From NCBI GenBank assembly GCA_030390025.1, contig CM059432.1:153142001-153206000 (forward strand): 64,000 bases of DNA. The letters run 5' to 3'. The notes beneath the pieces are model-generated. The model ran no database searches and was not told where the DNA came from. It saw only the letters and a list, made by a program, of their open reading frames with translations. Position numbers and translations under genes: made by a program. The DNA is from Squalus acanthias. Lineage: Eukaryota. Below, piece after piece: positions 25,216 through 37,677 of this stretch (positions are counted from its first letter, which is position 1; each line of letters begins with the position of its first letter).

Positions 25216-26071
25216 GCAGTGGGATCTAGGACACTTGGGTGAGATGGGGATGGGGTAGAGAGAGAACTTTGGGAGTTAGAACTCAAGAGGGAGGAGAGAG
25301 AGTAAGAACACACAATGGGAGCTGAGGCTTAGGCTGGAGAGAGATTGAGAGTACAGCAGAATCTGGGGCATGGGCAGGAGGCTAAGAGAGCATTTTGAAT
25401 AAGGGGGAGAGAGAGAGAGAGTGCTCTGGGATCTAGGAGTCTTGGGAGGGAAGGAGGGAGGAGCAAGAGCTGGTGCAAATCAGAGAACTCGCCATGCTTT
25501 CTCTCAAGATCCAGTGTGCCAAAGTGAAAAGCACTTTAATCATCCCTCAGACATGAAGAATGACCATTTGGAAAGGCAGTAGAAGGATGATGCTCCCTGT
25601 GGAACTGATTCCAGCAAGAGTCAGTACCTTTAGGAGAGGGAAAAAAATGGGGGTAAAAAATGTTATATTATTTATTTTATTTTGATAAGATTTTTTTCCC
25701 CCAGAGCCACATTATAAACAGAAAACACTTGGAGAGTGGAATACTCAGCTTATTGCACTCAGAAGAAAGACCCACACAGCTCACTTATGGATTCAACTGG
25801 GTATTGCACTATTGTCTTCTTGAAGATATTTATAAATTGCTTTTCAGAAAAAGATAATGCGATTTGCTCACTGGATACCCAGGTTATATGACTTACTTTC
25901 TACAGGCTGCTATTCTGCTGCCTTAGTGACATTCCAATTAGGTCACACCCAGCCATTTGCTCGGCTTCTTAATATTAGAAAGCGGCTGGCCCATTAATCC
26001 AATAACGATGTGATATTTCTTTAGTTGTTACTAAGGCAATAGACCCATATTCCTCTTAAAGCTAGTTTAAA

Positions 26072-26748
26072 GGGCCTTGGCAGCTGAAGGCATGGCCACC
26101 AATGGTGGAGTGATTAAAATCGGGGGTGCTCAAGAGGCCAGAATTAGAGGAGCACAGATATCTCGGGGGGTTGTGGAGCTGGAGGAGATAACAGAGATAG
26201 GGAGGGGCAAGGCCATGGAGGGATTTGAAAACAAGGATGTGAAGCCAGTTTACCCCTTTGAGATGCTAAGTTCCATGGGCCGCATACTGAACGTACCTAA
26301 CTCGCACCAAGTCCTGTTCACCCATCACCCCTGTGCTCGCTGACCCACATTGGTTCCCGGTTAAGCAACGCCTCGATTTTAAAATTCTCATCCTTGTTTT
26401 CAAATCCCTCCACGGCCTTGCCCCTCCCTATCTCTGTAATCTTCTCCAGCCCTACAGCCCTCCGAGATATCTGCGCTCCTCTCATTCTGGACTCTTGTGC
26501 ATCCTGATTTTAATCGCTCCACCATTGTCGGCCATGCCTTCAGCTGCCAAGGCACTAAGCTCTAGAATTCCCTTCCTAAGCCTCTCCGCCTCTCTTGCCC
26601 CCTTTAAGACACTCCTTAAAACCTACCTCTTTTCTGTCCTAATATCTCCTTATGTGGCTCGTGTCAAATTTTGTTTGATAACACTCCTCTGAAGCGCCTT
26701 GGGATGTTTTACTATGTTAAAGGCGCTATATAAATACAAGTTGTTGCT
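26072..26748. mobile_element. Two L2 3' fragments in inverted orientation (26072-26240 minus; 26305-26748 plus)
   Basis: ORF 26333 HWFPVKQRLDFKILILVFKSLHGLAPPYL; 26072-26240 approximates the reverse complement of 26389-26557. Confidence 0.85.
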
Positions 26749-26779
26749 ATTGCGGTTTTGGCTAAGCTAAATACTATGC

Positions 26780-27185
26780 ATTAAAACAGAAGCTGCTAGA
26801 AGTGTGCTCACATGTCAGTCAGCATCCGAAAAGAGGAAGACAGGTTAGTGCCTCGGGTGTCATAGAATCATATCATGTCAGTGCCGGCTCTTTGAAAGAG
26901 CTCTCCAATTAGGCCCACTCCCCACAACCTGCAAATGTTTCTTTTTAAAGCATATATCCTTTCCTTTTGAAAGTTACTATTGATTCTGCTTCCACCACCC
27001 TTTCAGGAAGTGCATTCCCGATAATCATAACTTGCTGTGTAAAAAGAAATTCACCTCATCTTCTCCCTGGATCTGTTATGAATTATGTTGAATCTGTGTC
27101 CTTCGCTTACTGACCCACTGATCAATTCTATGCATTTCCAGCTCTTTCTGTTTTGATTTCAGGTTTCCAGCACTTGTAGCTTTTC
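26780..27185. mobile_element. Degenerate PLE-type inverted element split by a minus-strand CR1 3' fragment (~26861-27110)
   Basis: AAAACAGAAGCTGCTAGAA..TCAGCATC on the left; GCATTTCCAGCTCTTTCTGTTTTGATTTCAGGTTTCCAGCA on the right. Confidence 0.45.
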
Positions 27186-27376
27186 TCTTACAGGGTAGAT
27201 TTTAGGAAGTAGCATACTCAATGCAGAGCTTCCTGTAACGAGAGCAGGTCAGCCCTTCGGTCGCCAAGGGCCTGAGATTCTGGGGGTCCAGTTCTGCCAG
27301 CCCAAGTATGATAAAGCAGTTCCCTGTTTGCCCAAACACAAAGCTGTGGACCTCATCCCAAAAAGTGGAGATGTGG

Positions 27377-27724
27377 TAGGATTGCCCTGGAATCTCCAGG
27401 AATTAATCTCCTGGACACTGTTGTGAACAACCCAGGAGGCAATTCATTAAAAGAATTTTGAGTTTTTATTCATTTTCTTTGAACACTTTCATTTATTAGT
27501 TATAAAAATATTGGATGTGGGGTAAAAAGACTGCTTGACATTCAGCAATCATTCAATTAGGTAATGAATCATAAAATTGGCTTCCAATTAGTGTGTGAAG
27601 GCAGTGCTCCACGCAGATGGACGTGTCGCACAACCAATGGCTGTTCATGGTGGTTGGTGGTTGGAGGCTGGAGTTCATGTAATGCAACCTCCAGGAATAC
27701 GTCCAATCAGAGTTGGCAACCCTA
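27377..27724. mobile_element. hAT (Ac-like) MITE
   Basis: TAGGATTGCC / GGCAACCCTA termini; 8-bp TSD AGATGTGG/GGATGTGG (7 of 8 match). Confidence 0.75.
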
Positions 27725-28101
27725 GGATGTGGTGATTCCTTTGTCAGTGCAGGCTGCCAACACCTCGAAGGGTGATTGAGTGGCACGCGCCACGATTCAC
27801 CCTTGAAATTTGGGGTGGCCCACAGCCTGAAAGGTCCCAAGGCGCTTTCCCGGGCTGAAGAAATACTAAGCAAAAAAGATCGTCATCTGTAACAGGAGTC
27901 AGGATTCTTGTAAAATAAGGTAATCAATGGCCTCTGGGATCAATTACCATTGCCTGTTATAGGTCTTGGCTAGTGAGAGTTCCAGTGAAGCCTTATAAGG
28001 GTGGAATGGGCAGAATTCCTTGGGTAGCCTGGCAACTCCCCCTTGATGTGGGGAGGGTCAGAAGATCCAGTCACATTCCCTCCCTACCAGAAATTGGCAG
28101 G

Positions 28102-29203
28102 ACCAAAGAATCTGCAAAGGGATATAGACAGGTTAGGTGAGTGGGCAAACATTTGGCAGATGGAGTCTAATGTGGGAAAGTGCGAGGTTATACACTTTGG
28201 CAGGAAAAAAAAAGCAAACTATTATTTAAATGGAGAGAGATTACAAAATGCTACAGTTCAGAGGGACCTGGGGATCCTTGTGCATGAAACACAAAAAGTT
28301 AGTAACATGAATCTTGTCATTCATGTATGAAGTAATACTGGGCGGCCTGCTGGTGGCGCTGTCCAGGGAGAGTATAAATACTCAGGCATGGGCCCAGCTT
28401 GCTTAGGACATTCCTCAACAGGAACTAGTGAAGGACACAACTAGATCTCCATGTTGAAAAACAGTTGATTAAAGCTTTGTTTAACGCTTAGACCAAGTGC
28501 CTAGTAGCTTTCTTACATCAGTTAGCATGTAGGTACAGCAAGTAATCAAAAAGGCAAATGGAATGTTGGCCTTTATTTCAAGGGGGTTGGAGTATAAAAG
28601 CAGGGAAGTCCTGCTATAACTGTACAAGGTATTGGTGAGACCACACCTGGAGTACTGCGTACAGTTTTGGTCTCTTTATTTAAGGAAGGATATACTTGCA
28701 TTGGAGGCAGTTCAGAGACGATTCACTAGATTAATTCCAGAGATGATGGGGTTGACTTATGAGGAAAGGTTGAGCAGGCTGGGCCTATACTCATTGGAAT
28801 TTAGAAGAATGAGAGGTGATTTTATCGAAACATATAAGATACTGAGGGGGCTCGACAGGGTAGATGCAGAGAGGATGTTTCCCCTCATGGGGAAATCTAG
28901 AACGCGGGGGCACAGTTTCAGAATAAAGGGTCACCTTTTTAGAACTGAGATGAGGAGGAATTTCTTCTCTCAGAGGGTCGTAAATCTGTGGAATTCTCTG
29001 CCCCAGAGAGCTGTGGAGGCTGGGTCGTTAAATACGTTTAAGGTGGAGATAGACAGATTTTTGCAAGATAAGGGAGTGAAGGGTTCTGGGGAGCGGGCGG
29101 GGAAGTGGCTTTGAGCCCAAGATCAGCCATGATCTTATTGAATGGCGGAGCAGGCTCGAGGGGCCAAGTGGCCTATTCCTGCTCCTATTTCTTATGTTCT
29201 TAT
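28102..29203 (+). mobile_element. 5'-truncated CR1, same subfamily as 37678-39790
   Basis: ORFs 28043 and 28632; long near-identical stretches including GGAAGTGGCTTTGAGCCCAAGATCAGCC. Confidence 0.9.
28303..28520 (+). mobile_element. Probable solo LTR (218 bp) inserted in CR1
   Basis: 5-bp TSD GTTAG on both sides; ends in CA; internal TATAAATA then ATTAAA; begins TA rather than TG. Confidence 0.7.
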
Positions 29204-29440
29204 GAATAAATATTGGCCAGAACTCTCCAGCTCTTCTTTGAATAATGCCATAGGATCTTTTACATCCACCCAAGAGGGCAGATGGGGTCCCAGTTTAACA
29301 TTTCATCTGAAAGGCAGCCCCTCCGACAGTGCAGCACTCTCTCAGTACTGCACTCTCTCAGTACTGCACTGAGATGTCAGCCTAGGTTTTGTGCTTAGGG
29401 CTCTGAAGTTGGACTTGAATCCACAATCATCTGACTCAAT
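29204..29440 (-). mobile_element. Deu-domain SINE fragment
   Basis: ATAAATATTGGCCAG..GGATCTTTTACATCCACC..GACAGTGCAGCACT. Confidence 0.75.
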
Positions 29441-29898
29441 GGCATGCAAGAAAAGTTCAATTTGGTTGAGATTACCTAAAGTTATAAAAGGATAAGAAGA
29501 GCATGTTAAAGATCCAGATTATATTTATAAATCTGATCATAAGAAATTCAGAGCAGGAAAAAGCCATTTGGTCCATCAATCCCGTTGCATCCGGAGTTCA
29601 TGTCTGATTATTCCATCGTGGACTTTCTTCCCACGACACCTGTCGATCCCTCACTTTAAGGGACACGAATTTCCTTCCCCAATTTCCTTTGAAAAAAAAT
29701 CAAGCAGTGTTGTTAACTATCTTTCTAACCCTCAGTTCGCTTTTCAATAGATATCGATATAAAGGTGTTAATTGACCTCCTTCTCTGGGAGTTAATTCCT
29801 CATTTTTCAAGGATGCAGTTGCTGATGCACACTGACGCTGGCAATCAAAGCAAGTCCTTTAAATTGCATAGACCAGTGGTGCTCCGCCTTCACCTTAC

Positions 29899-29952
29899 CT
29901 GTAACTCTCAGGTGACCTGTTGTCCCAGGTGTCTTTGGACTTCCATTTGCAG
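29899..29952 (-). CDS. Candidate 54-nt symmetric host exon (AANGSPKTPGTTGHLRVT in phase 1, or CKWKSKDTWDNRSPESY in phase 2)
   Basis: Long polypyrimidine tract then ACAAG acceptor; CAG|GTAAGG donor; length a multiple of 3. Confidence 0.4.
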
Positions 29953-30486
29953 CTTGTCGGTACAGAGAAAAAAGAGAGACAAAGAGAGAGAGAGTGTAGT
30001 TAGACTAATGATGAGCTTGACAAAAAGGTCAGTGAATAACCCACACATAGACCTTATAGTCAATCATATCAATGTTTAGAGCATTTAATATTCAGTATTA
30101 AGGATAATCCTGCATTTTTATTTTTATATGCAACAAAATAATGATACTGTGACCAAATATCAAATCAGACTCAAGACTAATTAAGACAATGATTCCTTGG
30201 AAGAAATGAATAATATTCTTGTTCTGGTGAGGGACAGAAATATGTTGGTTAAGTGCTTTCTCACTCGGAGCTGCTACGATTCCGGGATGCTCCTCAAATA
30301 GTGGAAGAGCCTGTGGGAGGCGGTCAGCTCCTATTACCCCAAAAAGTCTTGATTTAAGCTGCTCTTCACCTTCTTGGTAGTACAAGGCAAATTATTACAT
30401 CTTAGTTTTCGTTGTAGATTCTCTTCCTCTTCTCTTCCAGTACACAAAGTGATGTAATATAGGTCACTGGTTCAACCTAGCAAATA

Positions 30487-30910
30487 CAGGAAACTTTCGT
30501 TTATCCGGCATCGACGGGACCGGCGTGGTGCCGGTTTATCGAAAGTACCGGATAACGGAGAGTTATATCTACCGAGGCTATTTTTAACAAAGAGACTCCA
30601 GGCAGCGCGGGAGAATCAACTCCTGCTACTGCAGTGTTTCGGACTTCCGACAGCGCCAGGAGGCCGAGTAGTGCCACTTTTGAAAAGTTGCCCTACTGAC
30701 TAAATCGGCGTTCGCGGACTCGGACTCGGACTCGGGATCGGCAACATTGCCGGTTATTTGAGAGGAGTTTTCGGAGCACTCGCGTTCGCGGAGACTCGAC
30801 TGCGACTCGGCAACATTGCCGGTTATTTGAGAGGAGTTTTCGGAGGATGATTTTTGCCGGTTAAGCGAGAATTCCGGATATTTGGGTGCCGGATAAACGA
30901 AAGTTTCCTG
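30487..30910. mobile_element. pogo/Tigger-like MITE, 424 bp
   Basis: Perfect 24-bp TIR CAGGAAACTTTCGTTTATCCGGCA; TA TSD; internal ~39-bp direct repeat; CpG-rich, suggesting a young copy. Confidence 0.9.
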
Positions 30911-30937
30911 TAGTGTGATATGGTCTAGAACACACCG

Positions 30938-30975
30938 GTTGCTATTTGGAAACATTGCCCTATGACGCACTTCCG
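30938..30975. promoter_or_regulatory. RFX X-box-like site next to a CRE-half/ETS composite motif
   Basis: GTTGCTATTTGGAAAC (30938-30953) and TGACGCACTTCCG (30963-30975); motif match only. Confidence 0.3.
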
Positions 30976-33900
30976 ATCAGTGTCAGTTCGGCCATCCTCT
31001 CACAACCTTTTAAGCAAAATTGCACGGCTCAAAAAAAAGATTTATTTCAAAGTGTTGGTAGCTTTCGACAGAAAAAGTCCTTCTCTGGGTTTTGGAACTG
31101 CTCCAAGCCGGGCAGTGGAAACTGTGGCAAATGGAGTCCTTACAACAAAGCGCAGTAAAGAGCAGTCACCTCAAACTGCTGTTGTTTCCATTTACTCACT
31201 GACAAGAAACTGCTCCAAAAGAAAAGACAGAAAATGACGTGGGTAAATCAGGAATTTGCATACTTCTAAAGTCTAAAATGATTTTGTCAAGGCTTATAGT
31301 GGCTGAGACAATAGGCCTGTACACCAAAGTGTTCAAGGGATAGTTTATTCCGCATGCAGCAATGCCATGCTGTGTGATTTGTTTTGTATTTCATGCAATT
31401 TCAAAACTGTTTTACACTGATATCATAAGTGTCGATCCACGATCTGCGTGTCATTATCATTCATATTTACAATGAACGCTTACGTTGCATTTTATATTGG
31501 TAAATGTTCCATTTCTGTGTTCCCCCAGTGCGTGTCATGAAATTTTACACCCTCAACCCTTGATTTTCCATCCATTAAAATTAATGTGGAAAATGTCACC
31601 GTTAGCATTTACAATTAACACTTACATCTGACTTTTAATACTTTAATTACATACCTAACGTGTAGTATAAACAGAATGAATGATGAGGACGCTGTATTTA
31701 TAATCTTCGTCACTCAGTCTCCACTATGACTCATGAACTATCAGATCAGCCCACTTGTGGGTATAAATCATATCCCACAGCTCCTCCTCATATGCTCTGG
31801 CCTCTTGTGCAATTCTGTAATACTCTACAGGTAATTGTAATTCAGTTAAGCAGGTGATGCTTTAAACAACCTCCACTGAAATAAACAGTCTTTGACTTCA
31901 CATTCCCTTATTCCAGTTTCTGTACTTCTATCTTGGTTTCAAACAAAAATTTAGGGAAGAGTAGCTTTACTTAGCTTGAAGTCACAATTGTCACGTATTT
32001 CTTGAAGTCTCTCAGGACTTGGAGGTAAACGAGTGAAATGAGCTGGATTCACAAGGAAATTAACAGGAGACCAAATGAAAACACGATTTGTGCCCATTGA
32101 ATCAGCTAAGTGCAGCTTTGGTACATTTCACAATTTAGGTAAAGCAAATAAACTTAAACAAGATAGCTGTAGGAAAATAGTGCGTGTTGTCAGTTTTCAG
32201 GTGACGGACACTTGGTTTAATTTTATTATTTCTGCACTTTATTATTTAAAACCATCAATAAATGTTTTACAACTAAAAACAGCTCCCTAAGTGAAATCGG
32301 AGAAGAATCTCTGGCCAGAATTGTAAGCAATTTTAAATTTCAGTCTTAATCTAAAATTGGCAGTCTTGAAGCAGAGGCTGATGACTGCTCAGCAAGTTAG
32401 CTTGACTCATGCAGTGTGTAAAATGGCAAATTAAGAGTTTTAATTTACAGCACAGTTTGGTATAGGCAAAGGGAATATGTCTGCAGTGACCTCCTGCCAG
32501 TTAGTTCAAATTTACATCTGTTTTCAATAGCCACTTTTTATTCCCGTCATTTTGCTATGTTTTATTAACCTTTTTAAAAGAAAAATTCTCTTGGAGTTAC
32601 TTTTGTCAATCGTCACGGAATGTCATTAAGTGCACTGGGACTTGCTGGCGTGTTGGCTGTCAAACAATGCTGCCATATATATAGCCTAACATGTCGGTTT
32701 AACATGGGGTTACACGGAATGCAAAACTAGTGTGCTTTCTGTTTTGACCAAGATGACTATTTGTCCTTTTTATGGACAATGTTTGATTGTCATAAAATTG
32801 AAAGCACGTCTGAATGTGAAAAACTCTGCTCTGCGGGGTACCTCATAACATACGGAGACACCCCTTTTAGTATTTTAGCCTATAAGTTAATTTAGTTTGT
32901 ACTCGTGCTCCTTTAAGTCAGGCTTACTGGAACCCCCCAACAGGTTTGATCAAACACGCAGCCTTACTTAATTGATTCCAAATGGAGCCAATACAATTTT
33001 GCTGCAATAATGGGCAGCAGTTCATTTTGTAGGCCAGCAGCGAGTGCATCATTAAGACGCACTTCTAGGCACTGCGGTCGTCTGAGGACAGGGATCACCA
33101 GCCTGCTAAGGAACGCGCTCAGTTCCATTTAACACGGCTTTAAAAGAAAAGGACCTGACAAAAACACTTTTCTTATTTACGGTTTTGGCACAGACTGACT
33201 GACCCGATTTACGATGCCTTTATCTCCTTTTGCACAAATTATATCTATTATTACAGTGAGGGCTTTCAGACTCTGGTTTGTGCTCGATTAAATAAAAAGC
33301 TACAGGTGACAGTTTAGGGAGATAGGCTCTGTATACCAAACACAATCTATACCAAATTCGAGTATATCAAGCTCCTTATATACCAAATTATCTGTATACC
33401 AAGCTCCATGTAAACTCTATTTAAACCAAAATCACTGCAAAACAAACTCTTTGTAAATTCTCTGTACACCAAAGTCTATGCATATAATTCTATACATACC
33501 CACGCACTCCTTATATTTTTGTCTTCTGTGTTGCAGATTATTCTTATAGGAGAACCCTACCTCCACCCATGCCCCAGAGTGTTTTCCCTTGGCCCTGGTA
33601 TTGTAGCATGCCCAGGGAATGAACAGAGAGCCCTTTTCAGATTATGTCTGCTGCTGGCTCATACTTCGCCTTCACGGGTCCTCCTTGTCTTCAGAAGGTG
33701 GCAGAATAACATTAAACTAGACTTTAACTGCCAAATAAATAGATTAAACAATAATGGAACAAGTGAATAGATGCAGTAACACACAGTCATTGCTATGCTT
33801 AACTAGCTCCTTGTATAGTAGAAAACAATAGTTTGCAAATTTTGCTAAACTAGGATATAAGCTACTTTCCTTTGTAGTGATCATTTTCTTTTCGCCATCA

Positions 33901-34440
33901 TCCATGAAAGCTGACTGGCCTAACTATATCTCTTTGAAGGTTCCAGATGCACTCATGAATTTGATAAAGACAGACTGAGAAACATTTTCAAAATGGTGAC
34001 TATGACCCAGGGGAATAACTGTCTGTTGAGAGCTGCCAATCAAACATTTATTTCAACAAATCACAATATGTTTGTATTTGAATTGAAATACTCGGATCCT
34101 TCCTCAGGCAACTGGCTAACCACAACCTGACTAATTGCTGCAACCAATGTATCAAGTTAAATGATTTCTGTGGGTGAAGCTGATTTTTTAACCTCTTATG
34201 TACCATGACAATTAGGGAAGAACATACCAAGCTAAAACTTAAGACTAAAATACTTCAAAGTAGGCCAGGACAGTGTTCCAGTTATTCTCTCACTGGGTAC
34301 TTAGAGTAGAGCTTCATTATTTTCTAGTGAGATTCCCAAAGTTGTTTTTTCATTGGTTGTTGGTTTTCACGAGATCAGTGTTTGGCTCTTCAGTTTCCAG
34401 TCCATCCCTCGACTTGTGCAGGTAAGTTTACTGACACTGT

Positions 34441-35057
34441 GGGGATGATTTTAATCCTACCTGGCTGGCGGAAACCAGCAGTTAAAATGTCCCGGGTGAC
34501 TGATCCGCTCACTTACCACTTGCTTCACACTGATCCTGATTTTAACCTGCTTTTATGAGCAGGCGTCAAAGGTCCCCTCAAGGCCATCGGGGTCCTTCAG
34601 ATCAGGGTCTGATGATGTCATTGGGACATGACTGCAATTTTAACTTTGGCCTGAGCAGGGCAGGAAGAGAACCTAGGACCAGAATAGGCCGTTCAATTAA
34701 GTATTTTTTAACTTTTCTTGTGGGACCAGGAGGCGCAGGAGTGCTCCTCTGGGCCTTACAAGGAAAGTTCAGGACTCCCCCAACTCCAGGCTTTCCCCTC
34801 TTATCTCCAACAAGACCCGAAACCTCCCCCCAGTGATCTACCTTTTTGTAGGCGAGTCCTCCTTTGGTGCTGGCTGGCGATCTCCTGTCGCCTGAACTTC
34901 CTTTCCCACTGGCCGGCCGCCACGATGTGCCCTTTTTGGGCGGACAGCTGATGAGGGGTCCGGTAGTTAAAAAGGCTGGTGACGACATTGCGCACATTTG
35001 GCGGTCGCCTGCACCCCGGTTGTCAGTCTGAATCCCACTCCCAGTTAAAATGACCCC
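34441..35057. mobile_element. Harbinger-like MITE (~620 bp); related fragments at ~1990-2170, ~24440-24720 and ~42050-42235
   Basis: GGGGATGATTTTAA / TTAAAATGACCCC termini; GC-rich subterminal regions. Confidence 0.6.
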
Positions 35058-35574
35058 TTTAGAGTAGTCTAGTGGACAGTGGGGTAGGCAACTGTCTGAG
35101 GATTTGGTCAGCATATTGTGGTATCTAATTGCAGCTTGACACTCACCATTGTGAAGCTGAGAAAGTACAAGTTCACTTACAAACACTTAATGTGCTTGTA
35201 CTACATTCTTTTGTGCCCTTTTAAGCAGGAATTATTCCACTTATTTTAAAGAGTTTAACACAGGCATAAAGCTAGGAAAGTAGTACAAGCATGTTAAACT
35301 TGACAAGGTCATAGCTTTAGTTAAAAAAGATATTCTTTAATCGCTCGTCACGGCAGGAAGGTATTTTTTAGGGTTACTTGTACAAATACAGTGGCTGGAT
35401 CAAGAATTACCAGCCCTCTTAACTTTAACTGATTCAAGCTTATCTCATATATCATTGCCTGTCCCTCCCATTTAGCCTATGTTCCCGCCAGCCTCGTAAT
35501 CCGCCCTCCGAATAAAATCTTCCTGAATTAAGATTGGGGGGACTTTGTCTTTTTTAAGATGGGGTTTATGGCTT

Positions 35575-36800
35575 GAGCTGAGGGTTAGGGTTTGGGCTGT
35601 GGGTTAGGGTTTGGGCTGGGGTTAGGGTTTGGGCTGTGGGTTAGGATTTGGGCTGTGGGTTAGGGTTTGGGCTGTGGGTTAGGGTTTGGGCTGTGGGTTT
35701 GGGCTGTGGGTTAGGGTTTGGACTCTGGGTTGGGGTTTGGACTCTGGGTTGGGGTTTGGACTCTGGGTTGGGGTTTGGACTCTGGGTTGGGGTTTGGGCT
35801 GTGGGTGGGGTTTGGGCTGAGGGTTAGGTAGGTCTGAGGTTTGGACTCTGGGTTGGGGTTTGGGCTGTGGGTTAGGGTTTGGGCTGTGGGTTAGGGTTTG
35901 GACTCTGGGTTAGGGTTTGGGCTGTGGGTTAGGGTTTGGACTCTGGGTTGGGGTTTGGGCTGTGGGTTAGGGTTTGGGCTGTGGGCTAGGGTTTGGGCTG
36001 TGGGTTAGGGTTTGGGCTGTGGGTTAGGGTTTGGGCTGTGGGTTAGGGTTTGGGCTGTGGGTTAGGGTTTGGACTCTGGGTTGGGGTTTGGACTCTGGGT
36101 TGGGGTTTGGGCTGTGGGTTAGGGTTTGGGCTGGGGGTTAGGGTTTGGGCTGTGGGTTAGGGTTTGGGTTAGGGTTAGGGTTTGGGCTGTGGGTTAGGGT
36201 TTGGGCTGGGGGTTAGATTTTGGGCTGTGGATTAGGGTTTGGGCTGTGGGTTAGGGTTTGGGCTGTGGATTAGGGTTTGGGCTGCGGGTTAGGGTTTGGG
36301 CTGGGGGTTAGGGTTTGGGCTGTGGATTAGGGTTTGGGCTGTGGGTTAGGGTTTGGGTTAGGGTTAGGGTTTGGGCTGTGGGTTTGGGCTGCGGGTTAGG
36401 GTTTGGGCTGTGGGTTTGGGCTGCGGGTTAGGGTTTGGGCTGGGGGTTAGGGTTTGGGCTGTGGATTAGGGTTTGGACTCTGGGTTAGGGTTTGGGCTGT
36501 GGGTTAGGGTTTGGGCTGTGGGTTAGGGTTTGGGCTGTGGATTAGGGTTTGGACTCTGGGTTAGGGTTTGGGCTGTGGGTTAGGGTTTGGGCTGTGGGTT
36601 AGGGTTTGGGCTGCGGGTTAGGGTTTGGGCTGTGGGTTAGGGTTTGGGCTGTGGGTTAGGGTTTGGGCTGTGGGTTAGGGTTTGGGCTGTGGGTTAGGGT
36701 TTGGGCTGTGGGTTAGGGTTAGGGTTAGGGTTTGTGCTGTGGGTTAGGGTTTGGGCTGTGGGTTAGGGTTTGGGCTGGGGGTTAGGGTTTGGGCTGGGGG
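35575..36800 (+). repeat. 19-bp telomere-like minisatellite (GGGTTAGGGTTTGGGCTGT)n
   Basis: About 1.2 kb; variants such as GGGTTGGGGTTTGGACTCT; short pure (GGGTTA)2 patches. Confidence 0.95.
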
Positions 36801-37677
36801 CTATAGCTTGGTTGAGGGCTATGCTTGGGTTAAGGATTAGACTTGGGGTTAGGGATAAAGATGGGCCTGGGATTAGGGTGAATTTATTTCTGGGAGTGGC
36901 TTTATTTCCTTAACTGGTAGTGGTTATTTCCAGGGGAAGGTACTGCACTCGATGGATTCATTGGCAGGGGGGAGATCTGTTACTGGAGCAGATCCCGACC
37001 CTCTCCCGTCCATCGGGGGATTAAAATCGAGGACCGTCTTTTCAATCCAGTGGGAATTGGATTGTGACACTGGGGTTCAGTTCACTCATGGCACTCAACA
37101 GTCACCCAAAAGCTGCATTTAGAAAAGATTAAAGATGAATCCTAAAGCAAGAATATACAGGTTACTGTTAAATGAATCAGAATGAAGCAGCCCTCTGATT
37201 TAGCTGCCTGTGTCTCAGGCCTGAACTGTATTTACTTTGTGGTCTCAATTCACAACTTCTGTCCTTTTCGGAGCAACCCAGCGCCGCCTGGAATAATCTT
37301 TATTGGCTTCTTGTGCAGAAGTGAGTCTCTTCCAAGAAAAAGCAATTTGGGCTTTTCTTATCAGGAGAAGGCAACCATTTTCTGCCCCTTGGTGGGATGA
37401 TTGGCCCTTCTGACATTCTGTGTGGGTTTATTTAAAACTTCAGATAATTCACATCTGTGGGGGGCAGGAGTTGTAATCAGAAACAATTAACAACTGACAA
37501 AGGTGGAGCTACCCAGTGAATAGGGCTCCAGGAAACATCCAAACTGAAAAGAGGCTGATTCTCATTACATACCAAGGGATAGACAATAGGAGCATCGGCC
37601 TCAAACAAATCTCATTATCGTCAGACTCCCCCAAACTACTTTTGCTCCATGAGGGGACCATATCCCCCAGTTGAAAT

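Noticed and set aside
35575..36800. True telomere or fusion point
   Set aside because: Mostly 19-bp composite units in one orientation, with no head-to-head CCCTAA array and unique DNA on both sides
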